From NCBI GenBank assembly GCA_002633005.1, contig NMRA01000327.1, positions 19,037 through 68,917 of the forward strand: a DNA stretch of 49,881 bases. The letters run 5' to 3'. Shown piece by piece: positions 34,647-46,600 of the stretch. Positions within the stretch are counted from its first letter, which is position 1; each line of letters opens with the position of its first letter. The translations under genes were made by a program, and so were the position numbers. The DNA is from Phoronis australis (lineage: Eukaryota; Animalia; Phoronida). The notes beneath the pieces were generated by a model. It saw only the letters and a program-made list of their open reading frames with translations. It made no database searches and had not been told where the DNA came from.

Positions 34647-37600
34647 GTGCGTGTGTGTGTGTGTGCGTGTGTATGTATAAAAATCCTTTAGGCCATGGCA
34701 AAAAATACATTTTTGGGAAACATAACCCAACCTGTTTTGTATTCAATAATAAGGCCATACTTGACTACAAGATCATGTCTTTATTTTTAGAATTATGCGA
34801 TTTTAGTGAAATTACACTACATGTTACTCACTATTTATCACACGGCCCTCAGGGGTAAATGTCTTCAAATTGCTAGGGAGGGGAAGCGGTGGTCTACGAC
34901 TTAGGGTACTCAACTGTCCAGTCAGTGGTGGGCTGGGCTTCTCTTTGGCCAAGTTTGTTCTATAGTTCACATACAGTTGAGGAGCTGCAAAACAGAAACT
35001 TTGAAAGTGCACACTAGTGGAGCTGTAACACAGAAACTTTAAAAGTGAACACTAGGGGAGCTGTAACACAAAACCTTTAAAGCGGACACTAGGGGCTCTG
35101 TAACACAGAAACTTTTAAACAAAAGCGAACACTAGCAAAGCTGTAACACAGAAACTTTCAAAGTGAATACAGGGGAGCTATAAAATTGAAGCTTTCAAAC
35201 ACAAAAGCCACACCAAACAGTGATATGTGCCCTCAGTACACTGCACGTGGTACCTTTTTAAAGCTGCTTATTAGTTTAACATAAGGAATAAGGGCACAAC
35301 AATTTGACCATAAGGGGTAGCTGCAATAGTCAGAATCGACCAAATAGAGTTCATACCTCATCATTAAAACTAACATCAAATCAGACAAAAAGTTTGAGAA
35401 ATAAACAGTTTTCAAGGTTCGCAACAAATAAATGAAACATGCCACAAGAGTTGGTATGCAACATTTCAAGGTCAAGTCACTTCTTTTCATGAAGAATAAT
35501 GATCCTGATGTTTGGCAGATGCAAACTCAAGATAGACACATAATGAAATAGCAACACAGCACCTGTTGGAATCTGTTAAAAACTGATAGTTGTTATAATC
35601 TGACTGGTCCCAACACATTGCTCTAGTTTCAAGTTTCATTGAAATCCTTTTCCAGTTCTCTAGACAACATCCGGAAACTGTCTTGTCTCAAACAATAGTG
35701 AAAAGTGTTTAGACCAAAATGACCACCAGGGGAGGCTACAGCAGTCGAAAATGCCCAAAAATCAACTGAAAATTGACAAATTGTCCCAGAGTCAAGTTTC
35801 ATTGTGACTTGTCAGTTCTCCAGAAATCCCCAACAAAAGTACAGACAAAACCGTCCACTAGAGGGTGCTGCAGCAGTTGAATCTTCCCCAAAATTGACTG
35901 GTGCCAGCACATTGTCATCACACACCTCTCTGTAAAGCTTCATTGAAATCTGTTAACTGATTCTCTAGATATCATCCAGAAATGCCCTTCCCCAAAGAAA
36001 ACAGGAAAGCCCAGCCCCTCGATCTGCCCCTGTGGTGGGAAAGATTGAAAAGTGGCATCCACCGTCGTTCTAGTGATACCTTCCCTACACCCTTGTGCCA
36101 AATTTCATCAAGACCCAACCAGGATTTTTGAGATATCAAGTGGACATCTGGACAGGATGATGACAATATATGATCTTGTGTGTATTTGCGTGTATGCGTG
36201 CATGCTTGTACTATGTGTGCGGACATATAAAAACACTAGATGACTGGGAAATTAGAACAAAAAATAAGGTAATTCCCTCCATTAGATTACTGAAACTTGG
36301 AAACAAAAATTCATGAAAATGCTCTTACAATGAAGACATAGGAATTGCTATGCACTGCTTTTTGTTGAACAGACATCAGCACTGGCGGATTTAGAGGGGG
36401 GCCAAGGGGGCCATGGCCCCCCTAAAATTCTCCCAGATTTCATTTGGCAGTTCGGGGGTGTGAATGTCTGACGTGCAAAATCCTGGCTGATACTCTGCCC
36501 TGCCCCCCCCCCCCAACTCGAAATCCTGGATCCGCCCCTGATCAGTGGTGCATTGTGGCATATCGTATATGGCTGAACTTGATTCACTTTCTCGCGTCAG
36601 CCACATCAACCCTCTAGAACATTGCATTAGAACTTGATGACTTCTGGATTGCAAACCAATCGGAAATCTTAGCCTGTTGACGTGTCTGAACCAGCACAAT
36701 GCAGCCTGTGTCACCCCATAAAATACAAAATATTTCCTGAACATTTGGTCACAGGAATAACACGAAAACCTCAGACAACAGGATGGCTAGTGAATGGCTA
36801 AAAACAGTTGGATACTGCCACCCTCCAGATGCCCTGGTGTCCACTTGCTCACACCCTTCAACAAAATAGACTGTATCTTGACTGTAAAATTAACTGAATC
36901 ATGCTGTCACTAAGGAGACATAGTCAGAGGACGTTTATGCGAAATACATATTTTATGCTTTTAGGAGTGAGTTCATAAGCCTTTTAAATGGCAAGCTACC
37001 TGGTCTCTCTGCTCCAGTCTTCTTCTCGTCTATAAAACTTTTTAAGTCACCTTCAATATCACAGTGTTCTAACACCTGTCGCATCTGTTCATAATGCTGA
37101 AAGACAAAATTGAACAACTTTACTTTAATTCCAAGCAACACAAACTCAATTCTTTTGTAACACAACATTTGTTAGAACAAAAAGTTATTCATGAGATTTG
37201 CTTTTAATGAACAGAACTGTCCTCAAATTGAAATCATAGACAAAGTTTTAAAAATAGCACATTTTATACTTCTGCTAATAAAATTTGAATTCATTTTGAG
37301 CAACCAGATCAAATTACAGGAACAAATGTGAGCATAATTACTGGTGATAATAAACAAACACCTCCAAATTTCAAAATTTTCCCTTTGAAACAAAATCCTC
37401 AATTCTACAACAACTCTTTTAATTCATATGTGTACAATCAAGGCCCTTAGTTCCTTGAAGAACTATACCCGGCTTGTGAATGTTCACTTCAGATCCCAAA
37501 ATACAAGGCGGCAGATTCCTTTGCCTTAAATTCATAAACAGCACACTGTTTGTATTCTGTAGTATATTGAAATCCACCCGGTTAAAACAATTTTTATTCT

Positions 37601-40600
37601 TGATATTTTAGTCCATTCCAATAAACCTAGCAACGACTTAGCTTCACATGAAAAACCCACTTATTCATTCAAATATTCACCAGTCAAGCAGTACAAGAAC
37701 TTGACTGTTCATGTCATCTTGCATTACCGGAATAACATGGAAGAGAATTTCTTACAAAATGGCCGATAGTTGATTTACAGAAAAGGACCAAGATATTGAG
37801 AGTAGATGCTGGTTTGTTATTCAGAACTTAATTGGGATTTTTGGGACTCAACGATCATGAAGAATATTCTTGATTTGCAAGAATGTCTGCTTAGCAGCTG
37901 CTTAACCTGAACTGTCCAGACAACCTTGGATAATTAGGTGTGGCAGACGAAGCCAGCAAACAAAGTGATCAGAAATACAAGCCATTTTTATGTGAAAACC
38001 AAATGCTAAGTATAAATCTGAAAAAGGACACAGAACCAATCACCACACACGCAATAAACTATGTTCAACTCAGCCATCCGACTTCTTGCGATGACATTGC
38101 ACATGCTAGTTATAAGTGCAGGTGGTATACAACCTGCCCATTGTTAGTTCATTGCCTTGAGGTGATGATGCTGCAAAAATGTTTTACCGTAATCGTTCGG
38201 GTTAACGCCCATGTTCAGTTAACCGCCCATCCCCGACTTTAAGTGGATTTCCGATTTAACCGCCCACTGCTCGGTTAACCGCCCTCCCCCGATTTTTTAA
38301 GAGTTCCAGTTAAGCGCCCACCTCTCGGTTAAGCGCCCACCCCGACTTTTAAAGAATGAAGATTTAGCGCCTAGTGCTAAGGAAACGNNNNNNNNNNNNN
38401 NNNNNNNNNNNNNNNNNNNNNNNNNNNNNNNNNNNNNNNNNNNNNNNNNNNNNNNNNNNNNNNNNNNNNNNNNNNNNNNNNNNNNNNNNNNNNNNNNNNN
38501 NNNNNNNNNNNNNNNNNNNNNNNNNNNNNNNNNNNNNNNNNNNNNNNNNNNNNNNNNNNNNNNNNNNNNNNNNNNNNNNNNNNNNNNNNNNNNNNNNNNN
38601 NNNNNNNNNNNNNNNNNNNNNNNNNNNNNNNNNNNNNNNNNNNNNNNNNNNNNNNNNNNNNNNNNNNNNNNNNNNNNNNNNNNNNNNNNNNNNNNNNNNN
38701 NNNNNNNNNNNNNNNNNNNNNNNNNNNNNNNNNNNNNNNNNNNNNNNNNNNNNNNNNNNNNNNNNNNNNNNNNNNNNNNNNNNNNNNNNNNNNNNNNNNN
38801 NNNNNNNNNNNNNNNNNNNNNNNNNNNNNNNNNNNNNNNNNNNNNNNNNNNNNNNNNNNNNNNNNNNNNNNNNNNNNNNNNNNNNNNNNNNNNNNNNNNN
38901 NNNNNNNNNNNNNNNNNNNNNNNNNNNNNNNNNNNNNNNNNNNNNNNNNNNNNNNNNNNNNNNNNNNNNNNNNNNNNNNNNNNNNNNNNNNNNNNNNNNN
39001 NNNNNNNNNNNNNNNNNNNNNNNNNNNNNNNNNNNNNNNNNNNNNNNNNNNNNNNNNNNNNNNNNNNNNNNNNNNNNNNNNNNNNNNNNNNNNNNNNNNN
39101 NNNNNNNNNNNNNNNNNNNNNNNNNNNNNNNNNNNNNNNNNNNNNNAGTTTTTCAAACTTTTATTACAACCAATTTTAAAACTGCTCTCTGACTCAGAAC
39201 TTGACAGCTACATATAGTACGAGACCATAAATTTGATGTCTGACCTCTGCAACACGTGAAGCTTGCACGCGCGCACTTAAGCAGGGTCACATCTTGAAAC
39301 AGTTTTAATTCAAGTGGAGGCTTCGTGGTCACTGGTCGTCTGCGCACCGCAGGACGGCACGGGGCTATTACTCAGCAATTTTGTAAATTTAATAGTGAAT
39401 GACTAATCTGAGGGCAAGAGAACCTTTGTTGGTATCATCCGCTGTTATGACGTTTTCACAGTCATTTGGCAACGTGACGATGAAGCTCTTTGAAAAGGGC
39501 TACGCGTTCCGAGTATGAGTGTCGTGTCGGGATTTAGATCGCCAGGTAAGATTAACCGCCCAGGGCGGTTGACTGTCGTAATAAGCGCCCATTTTCGGTT
39601 AACCGCCCATCCCCTACTTTTGGTGGATTTTCGATTTAACCGCCCACTGCTCGGTTAACCGCCCTCCCCCGATTTTTTGGGTTCGCCAATTTAACCGCCC
39701 AGGGCGTTAACCCGAACGATTACGGTAAGAACAAAATCTACAGGAGTTGCCATTCAAGGCAGACTTAAATTGTCAAGAGGCTCATTTCAGTTAAACTACT
39801 AGGTTGTTATCTCAAGATTGACAGCTCGGGTAAATTTCCATCTTGACTCTCCAAAAAATTATCACATTTAAACAGAAACACTGACTATTTATGTCCAAGG
39901 CAATAAGCACATTCAATTAATACAGTACTCACGTCATCATCCTGGACACAAGTCTGTGACCCAAGGTTGGTATGGATCCACATCTCATTGCGAAGAAACT
40001 GAATTCTACTTTCTTCCAGTTCTTGAAATCTCTGAAATCAAATACGAAATAACATGTTATCTATTTGTAAATATTAATTAAAGGAAAATTTTACCTTAAA
40101 GAATTTCAGGCCAATTTGGCAAATTTTGCTTACTGCAATAGGTAATTTGAGTCTTTTTGTTAAATTTGTATGTAAAAAGGCTCCGACTGAAAATCTGTGA
40201 GCAACTTGGCCATTATGAGCAAGGGATCATAATTTATTCAGACTGGTTGATATAATTACCGAGCTTGTTCACAGCATCACACTTCGAGTGTGAAGAAATG
40301 CTATTTTCATAAATTTCGGCTATACAGAAATCACCTTAGGATTCAAAATACTTTTTTGTAGCAAGCAAAATACGCCAAATTGACTGAAAAAGGTAATGCA
40401 TAGTGCTGAAAGCACCCGCGACAGCACCGTCAATGGCGATATGCAGAAATCTATTAACCTATTTGCCAAATTTCATGAAAATCTATCAACTTCAGTAGGT
40501 AGAACAGTATGGCAAATGCAAAGAAAAGCTAAATGGACACAATAGGTACGTTTTCCGTGAAATTTCACAATGATCCTTTGAGCGGTTTGGCAGAGAGTTT

Positions 40601-43600
40601 GAGTTAGACTGTATTATGACAGTAAGCGGATAGCAATACCATGTTTTTACAGCCAGTTTAGCTCACCAGAAGGGCTACTGACAAATTATTCTCATGATAA
40701 TACATAACAGGAGATGGTACTTCAAAAGCGTCAATCCTGAGCAGTATTGCAAATCACAATCAAAATATATATGCCCAGTCTGCCTACACGACAAGCATTC
40801 TCCATGGAGATTTCCCACTCCTTCCTAGCATCTTCTAAGCTGACTGAACAGTTGTTATAGTGTGAATCTGTAACAAAGAGCACAAAAGTATTTTACTCTT
40901 ATGGGTACTTCCAGTATGGCATAGCACAGACCTCAAAACATCCTGGTCAGTTTTCACTCAAACCAGCCACAGTTCACTAGAGTTGCATGTTTATATAAGA
41001 GCAACGTGGAGTGTTAAAATGCACCCACGAATGCACCGCAGATGGTGCACTTCAAGGGTTGCTCATTTGTATCATAAAAATGGCCACTAGAATGCGCAAA
41101 AACAATGAATCCATCCGAAAACGGGAGCATGCCATCGCGTCTTTTATAGAAAGCTATACACCAAATTTCATAAAAATCTGACAAGGAACTTCAGAGGAAC
41201 AAAGGAAAATAAAAAAATGGAATTGCCACTAGGGGGCACAGTCTTCGTGGCATCCGCCTGAAAGTCGTCATCGTCTGTTGTTACCTTCATATAAATACAC
41301 TTACTGAAGTGCGTTTAGAAGATACAGCTATGGGCGCAAAACAAAACAAAACTACCACTAGAAGGCGCCAAAGTAGTCGAAGTCATCATTGTCAACCGTC
41401 CTTTTCACACTGAGAACATATACGCCAATTTTCAAAATCATCCTGAGAATGGTTTAATAGAGGGGTGGACGCAAAAAACAGACTGAAAAACAGCAATAAG
41501 GGCCACTAGGTGGCACAAAATACCTCAATTCCATCAGAAAATGGGAGGATAGCATCATCTCACCAATAGATGCTTATATTCCAAATTTTATGAAAATCCG
41601 TCGAAGACCTTTAAAGATACAGGTAAACGTAAAAAACTAAAATTGCCACTAGGGGGCACACCAGTAGTCCGGTCCATCCGAAATTCGTCGTCATCCGTTG
41701 TCAGGAACAGATCTGCCAAATCTCATCAAGATCTTGAGAGGGATTTAAGAGATACAGCTGCAGACGTCAGATGACGGACACCCAGACAGACAGAGATGAC
41801 GGCAATATGCACCCACATAATATTATAAATATGTGGGGGCATAAAATTGAACTCACAAGTCTGTTACTTAAACACACCACCCAATACATGTGACCCTCTC
41901 TCTAACTCTGAAGAGTTTTGCTTGCCAGGAAATGAAGTAAATGCTTAACTTTCAACACAGAAATTGCCTGAAGAAGGAGTGCTGTTGAATTAAGTGCTAA
42001 ACACAACCAAAAGAGTTTGACATTTTAGAAAAGAAAGCCAGCAGTGGTCCGTCACTTAGGTACAGATTCATGTTAATGACAAGAATATCTGATCAGTAAC
42101 AGCACATGCAAGAGTCAAATAAAACAATGACTTGGACTTAACTGCTTGCTAATCACAGATAAGTGAATTGCACTAATTGTTTTGGAATTGGGAATTCTTT
42201 GTAGTTTTGTAGTTGTCGCTTTTACAGTAAGTGAAAGAAGCCATGGAACACATTCAGCATTTTTAAAACTGAATTAAATAATAACTGAATTGATTTGACT
42301 TACTTTTCTCTCTGAGAAAACAAAGTTAACATGACAGCAAAATGTCAAACAATCAAATTTACAGTTCTGAGCAAACAGGACTGAAACTTTACCGGCTTTT
42401 TCAGCATCTGACGAGCATTTGTCTTTCCTTGACTGTATCTGTAAGAACAGAATTTCCTCAATGCATACTAATAAGTAAAATAACAAATAAAATAACACTA
42501 TGAAAATGATTTCATTGATTTCTTTCACGGAAAAATTAAGTTCAACAACAATTTAAGTTGCAGTTGAAATTAAAGACCTTGATTCTTCACAAAGCAATAG
42601 TACAGTCGTAGTGATGGACTACGTACATGACAACCTGATTACAGTCTATTCAAGTCTACATGGTTGGCAATTTTGAAAAGGCATATTTTGAAACAGTGCA
42701 CATAGTTGTTTTCTCAAAATAAATGAGGTTTTCAACAACCAGAGGGTATAGAGGGCCATGTAAATCACATGCAAGTGCCTTGACGTAGCAGTGAAGCCAC
42801 AACACCTTTCTTACTCCCGTACAGTGTAACAATAAGAAGTTCTGGCAAAACCACTGCAGTGCCAGGGGAGGTCCTGCAAACTGAAATGAGACATTAAAAC
42901 TGATGCAACGAGGCAGCGGTCAGAACTTGGAGGACAACCGATAGTAAAATGATTACCTTTTCAAGCTCCTTGGTGGAAGCACTGGCTGAGAACTTGGTTT
43001 GGTTACATTGAAGAGATGCCTCTTCTTCAGCCTTACACTTGGATTCGCACAGTTTTTTGGCCTGAGAGTAAAACAAGAAATATTAATAGACAGCAAAATC
43101 TCCAGTTGTATCATGTGCGTGAGTTAAGAGAATTATCATGAGGAAGCAAAATACAATAGAGAAAACCAGTAAATAGTATTTTCAACACTCCTCAATCCTG
43201 CAAAAGTGTAGTAAGCATACACGTTATTAATATTGGACATAGCATAGATGAACTCAGCAAGCAACAAAGAAAATTGGCTTTTGATGAGTCACCAAATTGC
43301 AACGTTTTCCTGTTGCTCCCAACTTGTTCGATTCTATAGCCCAACAACAAGTTTACCCCTGTAGCCAATATCTTACATGACTGATTAACTCCATTCTGGC
43401 ATTTACAGTTGGAGAGCCAGCTCTCTTTTGTTCGATAATTGCTATAATCTCCAATAAGATCGTATCTAGCCTGACTGGGCTGTGCTGTTAAAAATGGAAG
43501 TTAAGTTATAACATATATGAACATAAACCAATACCATTTCTGAATTTCTTGTCAAATGCTGATCATGTTTAGTTTTTGAATCACCAAAATCGCCCAACTA

Positions 43601-46600
43601 CAACAGAAGTTAAGACAATCCATTCTGCCAGGTTTCAACAACTCTTTGAAGCCTGGGAGATAATTGGCCTGCTTGTTGTCATACGGGAGGTAAGACTGTG
43701 CTGGGCAGTTAACAAAGGAGCCAGATGTTATCGCATGTTCAGAACCCCTCACATCTGGAAAACTTGGAAGTCTAGAGGATAACAAGGTATAGCCAGCTGT
43801 ACAGTGACACTGGGTTGTGTAGAGGATGATGACACGGGACAGCCAGCCGTACAGGAACAATTGGATGTATAGAGGATGGCCAGAGATAGCCAGCCAAACA
43901 GCCAGAAATTGGATGCGTAGAGGATGGCAAAGGATATCCAGTTGTACAGTGACACTTGAATGTATCAGTGCTCAACACAGGCGAAACTGCCCACTTAAAA
44001 ATACGAGTGAGGACATATTTGCTGCTCGATTCCCGGATTTGCGCTGTAAAAAAATTGGCGACCAAAAAAGCGTTAGATGTCGACTCATATTTATTTTTTC
44101 CACTTACTAGTATTTTCGATCATTTCACTTGCAATCCAAACCGCTGGTCATCTTGATAGTGTCTTCTCTCGGGGGTCACTCACATCTACAAGGTGCCCGC
44201 AGGCCGTGTACCAAAAACTGCGGATAGGAGGTACTTTTTCAGCAAGTTTTGCGGGACACGCGCAGGGTCATATAGGCCCTAAATTTCCATTTCGTCACCA
44301 CTAAAAGCCAACTGCATTGGCCTCATACCCGCAAAAGACACACTGGCCATCTTCCTACAGAAAAGTCTACCGCGTAAAAGGGGGTGGGAATTATCAGACC
44401 TAGCACCCGTAATAGGGGGTCTCTCAGCAATTTTTGATACACGCCTGCCGGCACCATGTCAGTATGAGTGACCTGCCCGGGCGTCTTCTGCAGCGTAATA
44501 AAGAATGGCCGGAGTTTTTAAAATTGATACTTACCAGGTCTAAAGTCTACGTCAGCCTCTCATACTACATAACAAATTATTTCTTAAAAAGAACCATGAT
44601 TCTTTTCTTGCAGTTTTAAGACCCATATCCCAGCCTTGCTCACATCTAAAGCCAAAGTAACAGGTACTCTACATGACATTTTGTGACCAACTTTTTCCAT
44701 ACCTAGGGCACATAATCATTGCCAAATGAGAAAATTCGAATCACCCAATAATGGAATTCTGCACAAAGTCGAGGTATTTCGAGGCTTTCATTTCATGCAA
44801 AATTAGATATTGAATAAGTGACCAACATTATTAGAAACAAATTTTTTGATGTAAAATTTACACTGCATCATTCCTCGCGCATCAATGCATCATTTGGCCT
44901 GAGCATACAATGCCCCATGGAAGTTTTTGACAGGAAGTTTTAAAAATTCTCAAATTGTTTGAGTTGCAAAAGTTTGAAGACCACAAACAAATGGAGGGAG
45001 TTTGAACTTAAGATTTATTTTGTTTGCATTTTTAACGACTGACGATATTCGTTTGGCAGGTCAGCCACAGAATTTTGGCAAGTATTTTCTAACATGTATT
45101 TCTGCTATTTCAAACTCCGTAATAGTACTTGAGCAAACGTGTCAGATAGAGAGCACCACTTTAACTTACACGTCTGCAACTATCCTTACGGTCATGAGAA
45201 ATCTATTGAACATCCAATAGGGATCATAATAGTTCAACTTCAAATTAAGGTAATGGGTGAGCAGGGAGAGTCTCTGACTCAGGGGATGAGTGCGCACATC
45301 TAGATTACCAAGCTTGCCAGAACTTTATCACCGTTAATTTGAATGTTCAAATGGCAATTATTAAGAGGACGTGGGACATTTCACAACAACTTGAGGAAAA
45401 CATTGGAAGTGATAGCTGGGCGCAGTCGGACATGTGGCTGTCAGTTGTTGCGACGACCAAAACAAGCCACAAAACTCCTTTCCATGCCTTTCAAACAACA
45501 GGAATGAGATAATTTTTCAACTCTTATTTTACTGTTTTTCACTCGTATTTTTGGACATTTTCTTGCTTATTTCAAGCCCTGTGTGTAGAGGATGTCAAGG
45601 GATAGCCAGCAGTACTCTGACGTGGCTCATATACTTTCCGCTATCTAAAGCAATCCCCCAGGCATCCATTAAATGTCCAGGCACCCTCCATTCCATAAAA
45701 TTTATTCATTAACTGCACTGTACATATTAGTACAGGACAATTGAATGGATAACCATTTAAGTTTGCTCCTTATTAAGATCAAATTTAACTCGTAAAGCAA
45801 CCACTGAAACCACTAGACAATGTAAACTTGCCAGTCATGTATACAACACTTCCTGTCAGGCAATCCTCCATTGTATTAACTTACGTCCATTGTCTTCTTG
45901 TACAATTGTTGTTTAGCAGTCTGGTACTTCCGAACATCGTCTTCAACCTTAAAATTAGATTTGTACACAGTTTGCTATGCCAGAACTTACGATAGTGTAA
46001 AAAATATGAATATAAAGCCAATCATTCATACGCCTTGACTCTTATGAAAACAGCTCATGTATACATATCAGCTTCTTAATCTCTCAAGTTACCATGACTA
46101 CACTCATGAGCAACTGAAAACAATGGGTCAGGTGTGCTTGAAACAACACAGCTTTCATGAACCTAAGACAATATAATTACGTAGGTATGAATGACGTTGT
46201 TGGTGATCTTTAAATACGACCTAAGACCTACATCTGAGTAACTGAATGATTTTGCATTGCGCAATTAGTACTTACCTGTTTTCGTACATTCTTCTGATGG
46301 TCAGAAAACTGCAGTGTTTTCGTCACCTGGTCATTCAGATTGTCAGAAAATTCACCGTGCGATTTACTAATAGCTTCAGTTTGATGCTTGATTTCGTCCC
46401 AAGACTTACGCAGAGACCTGCCAAACATACAAGTGTTGCGTTTTACACCAATAATATCCATCTTAAAAAATAAATTCTCATAAGAAAATAACAATTAAAA
46501 TAATAATAAGTCCACAGTCAGGATATCTGGCAACAAGATTAGGTACACAAATTCTGGACACAGAACTGATATGACTACTATGAGAAGACATTTTTGTTTT

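Noticed and set aside
34564-34858. HTHT / CVCV ORFs
   Set aside because: Translations of the (GT)n microsatellite.
36391-36744. 117-aa minus-strand ORF as an alternative PSTPIP exon
   Set aside because: Runs through a MITE, has no domain similarity and no phase-compatible splice sites found.
38374-39192. 272-aa and 259-aa ORFs
   Set aside because: Artefacts of translating the N gap.
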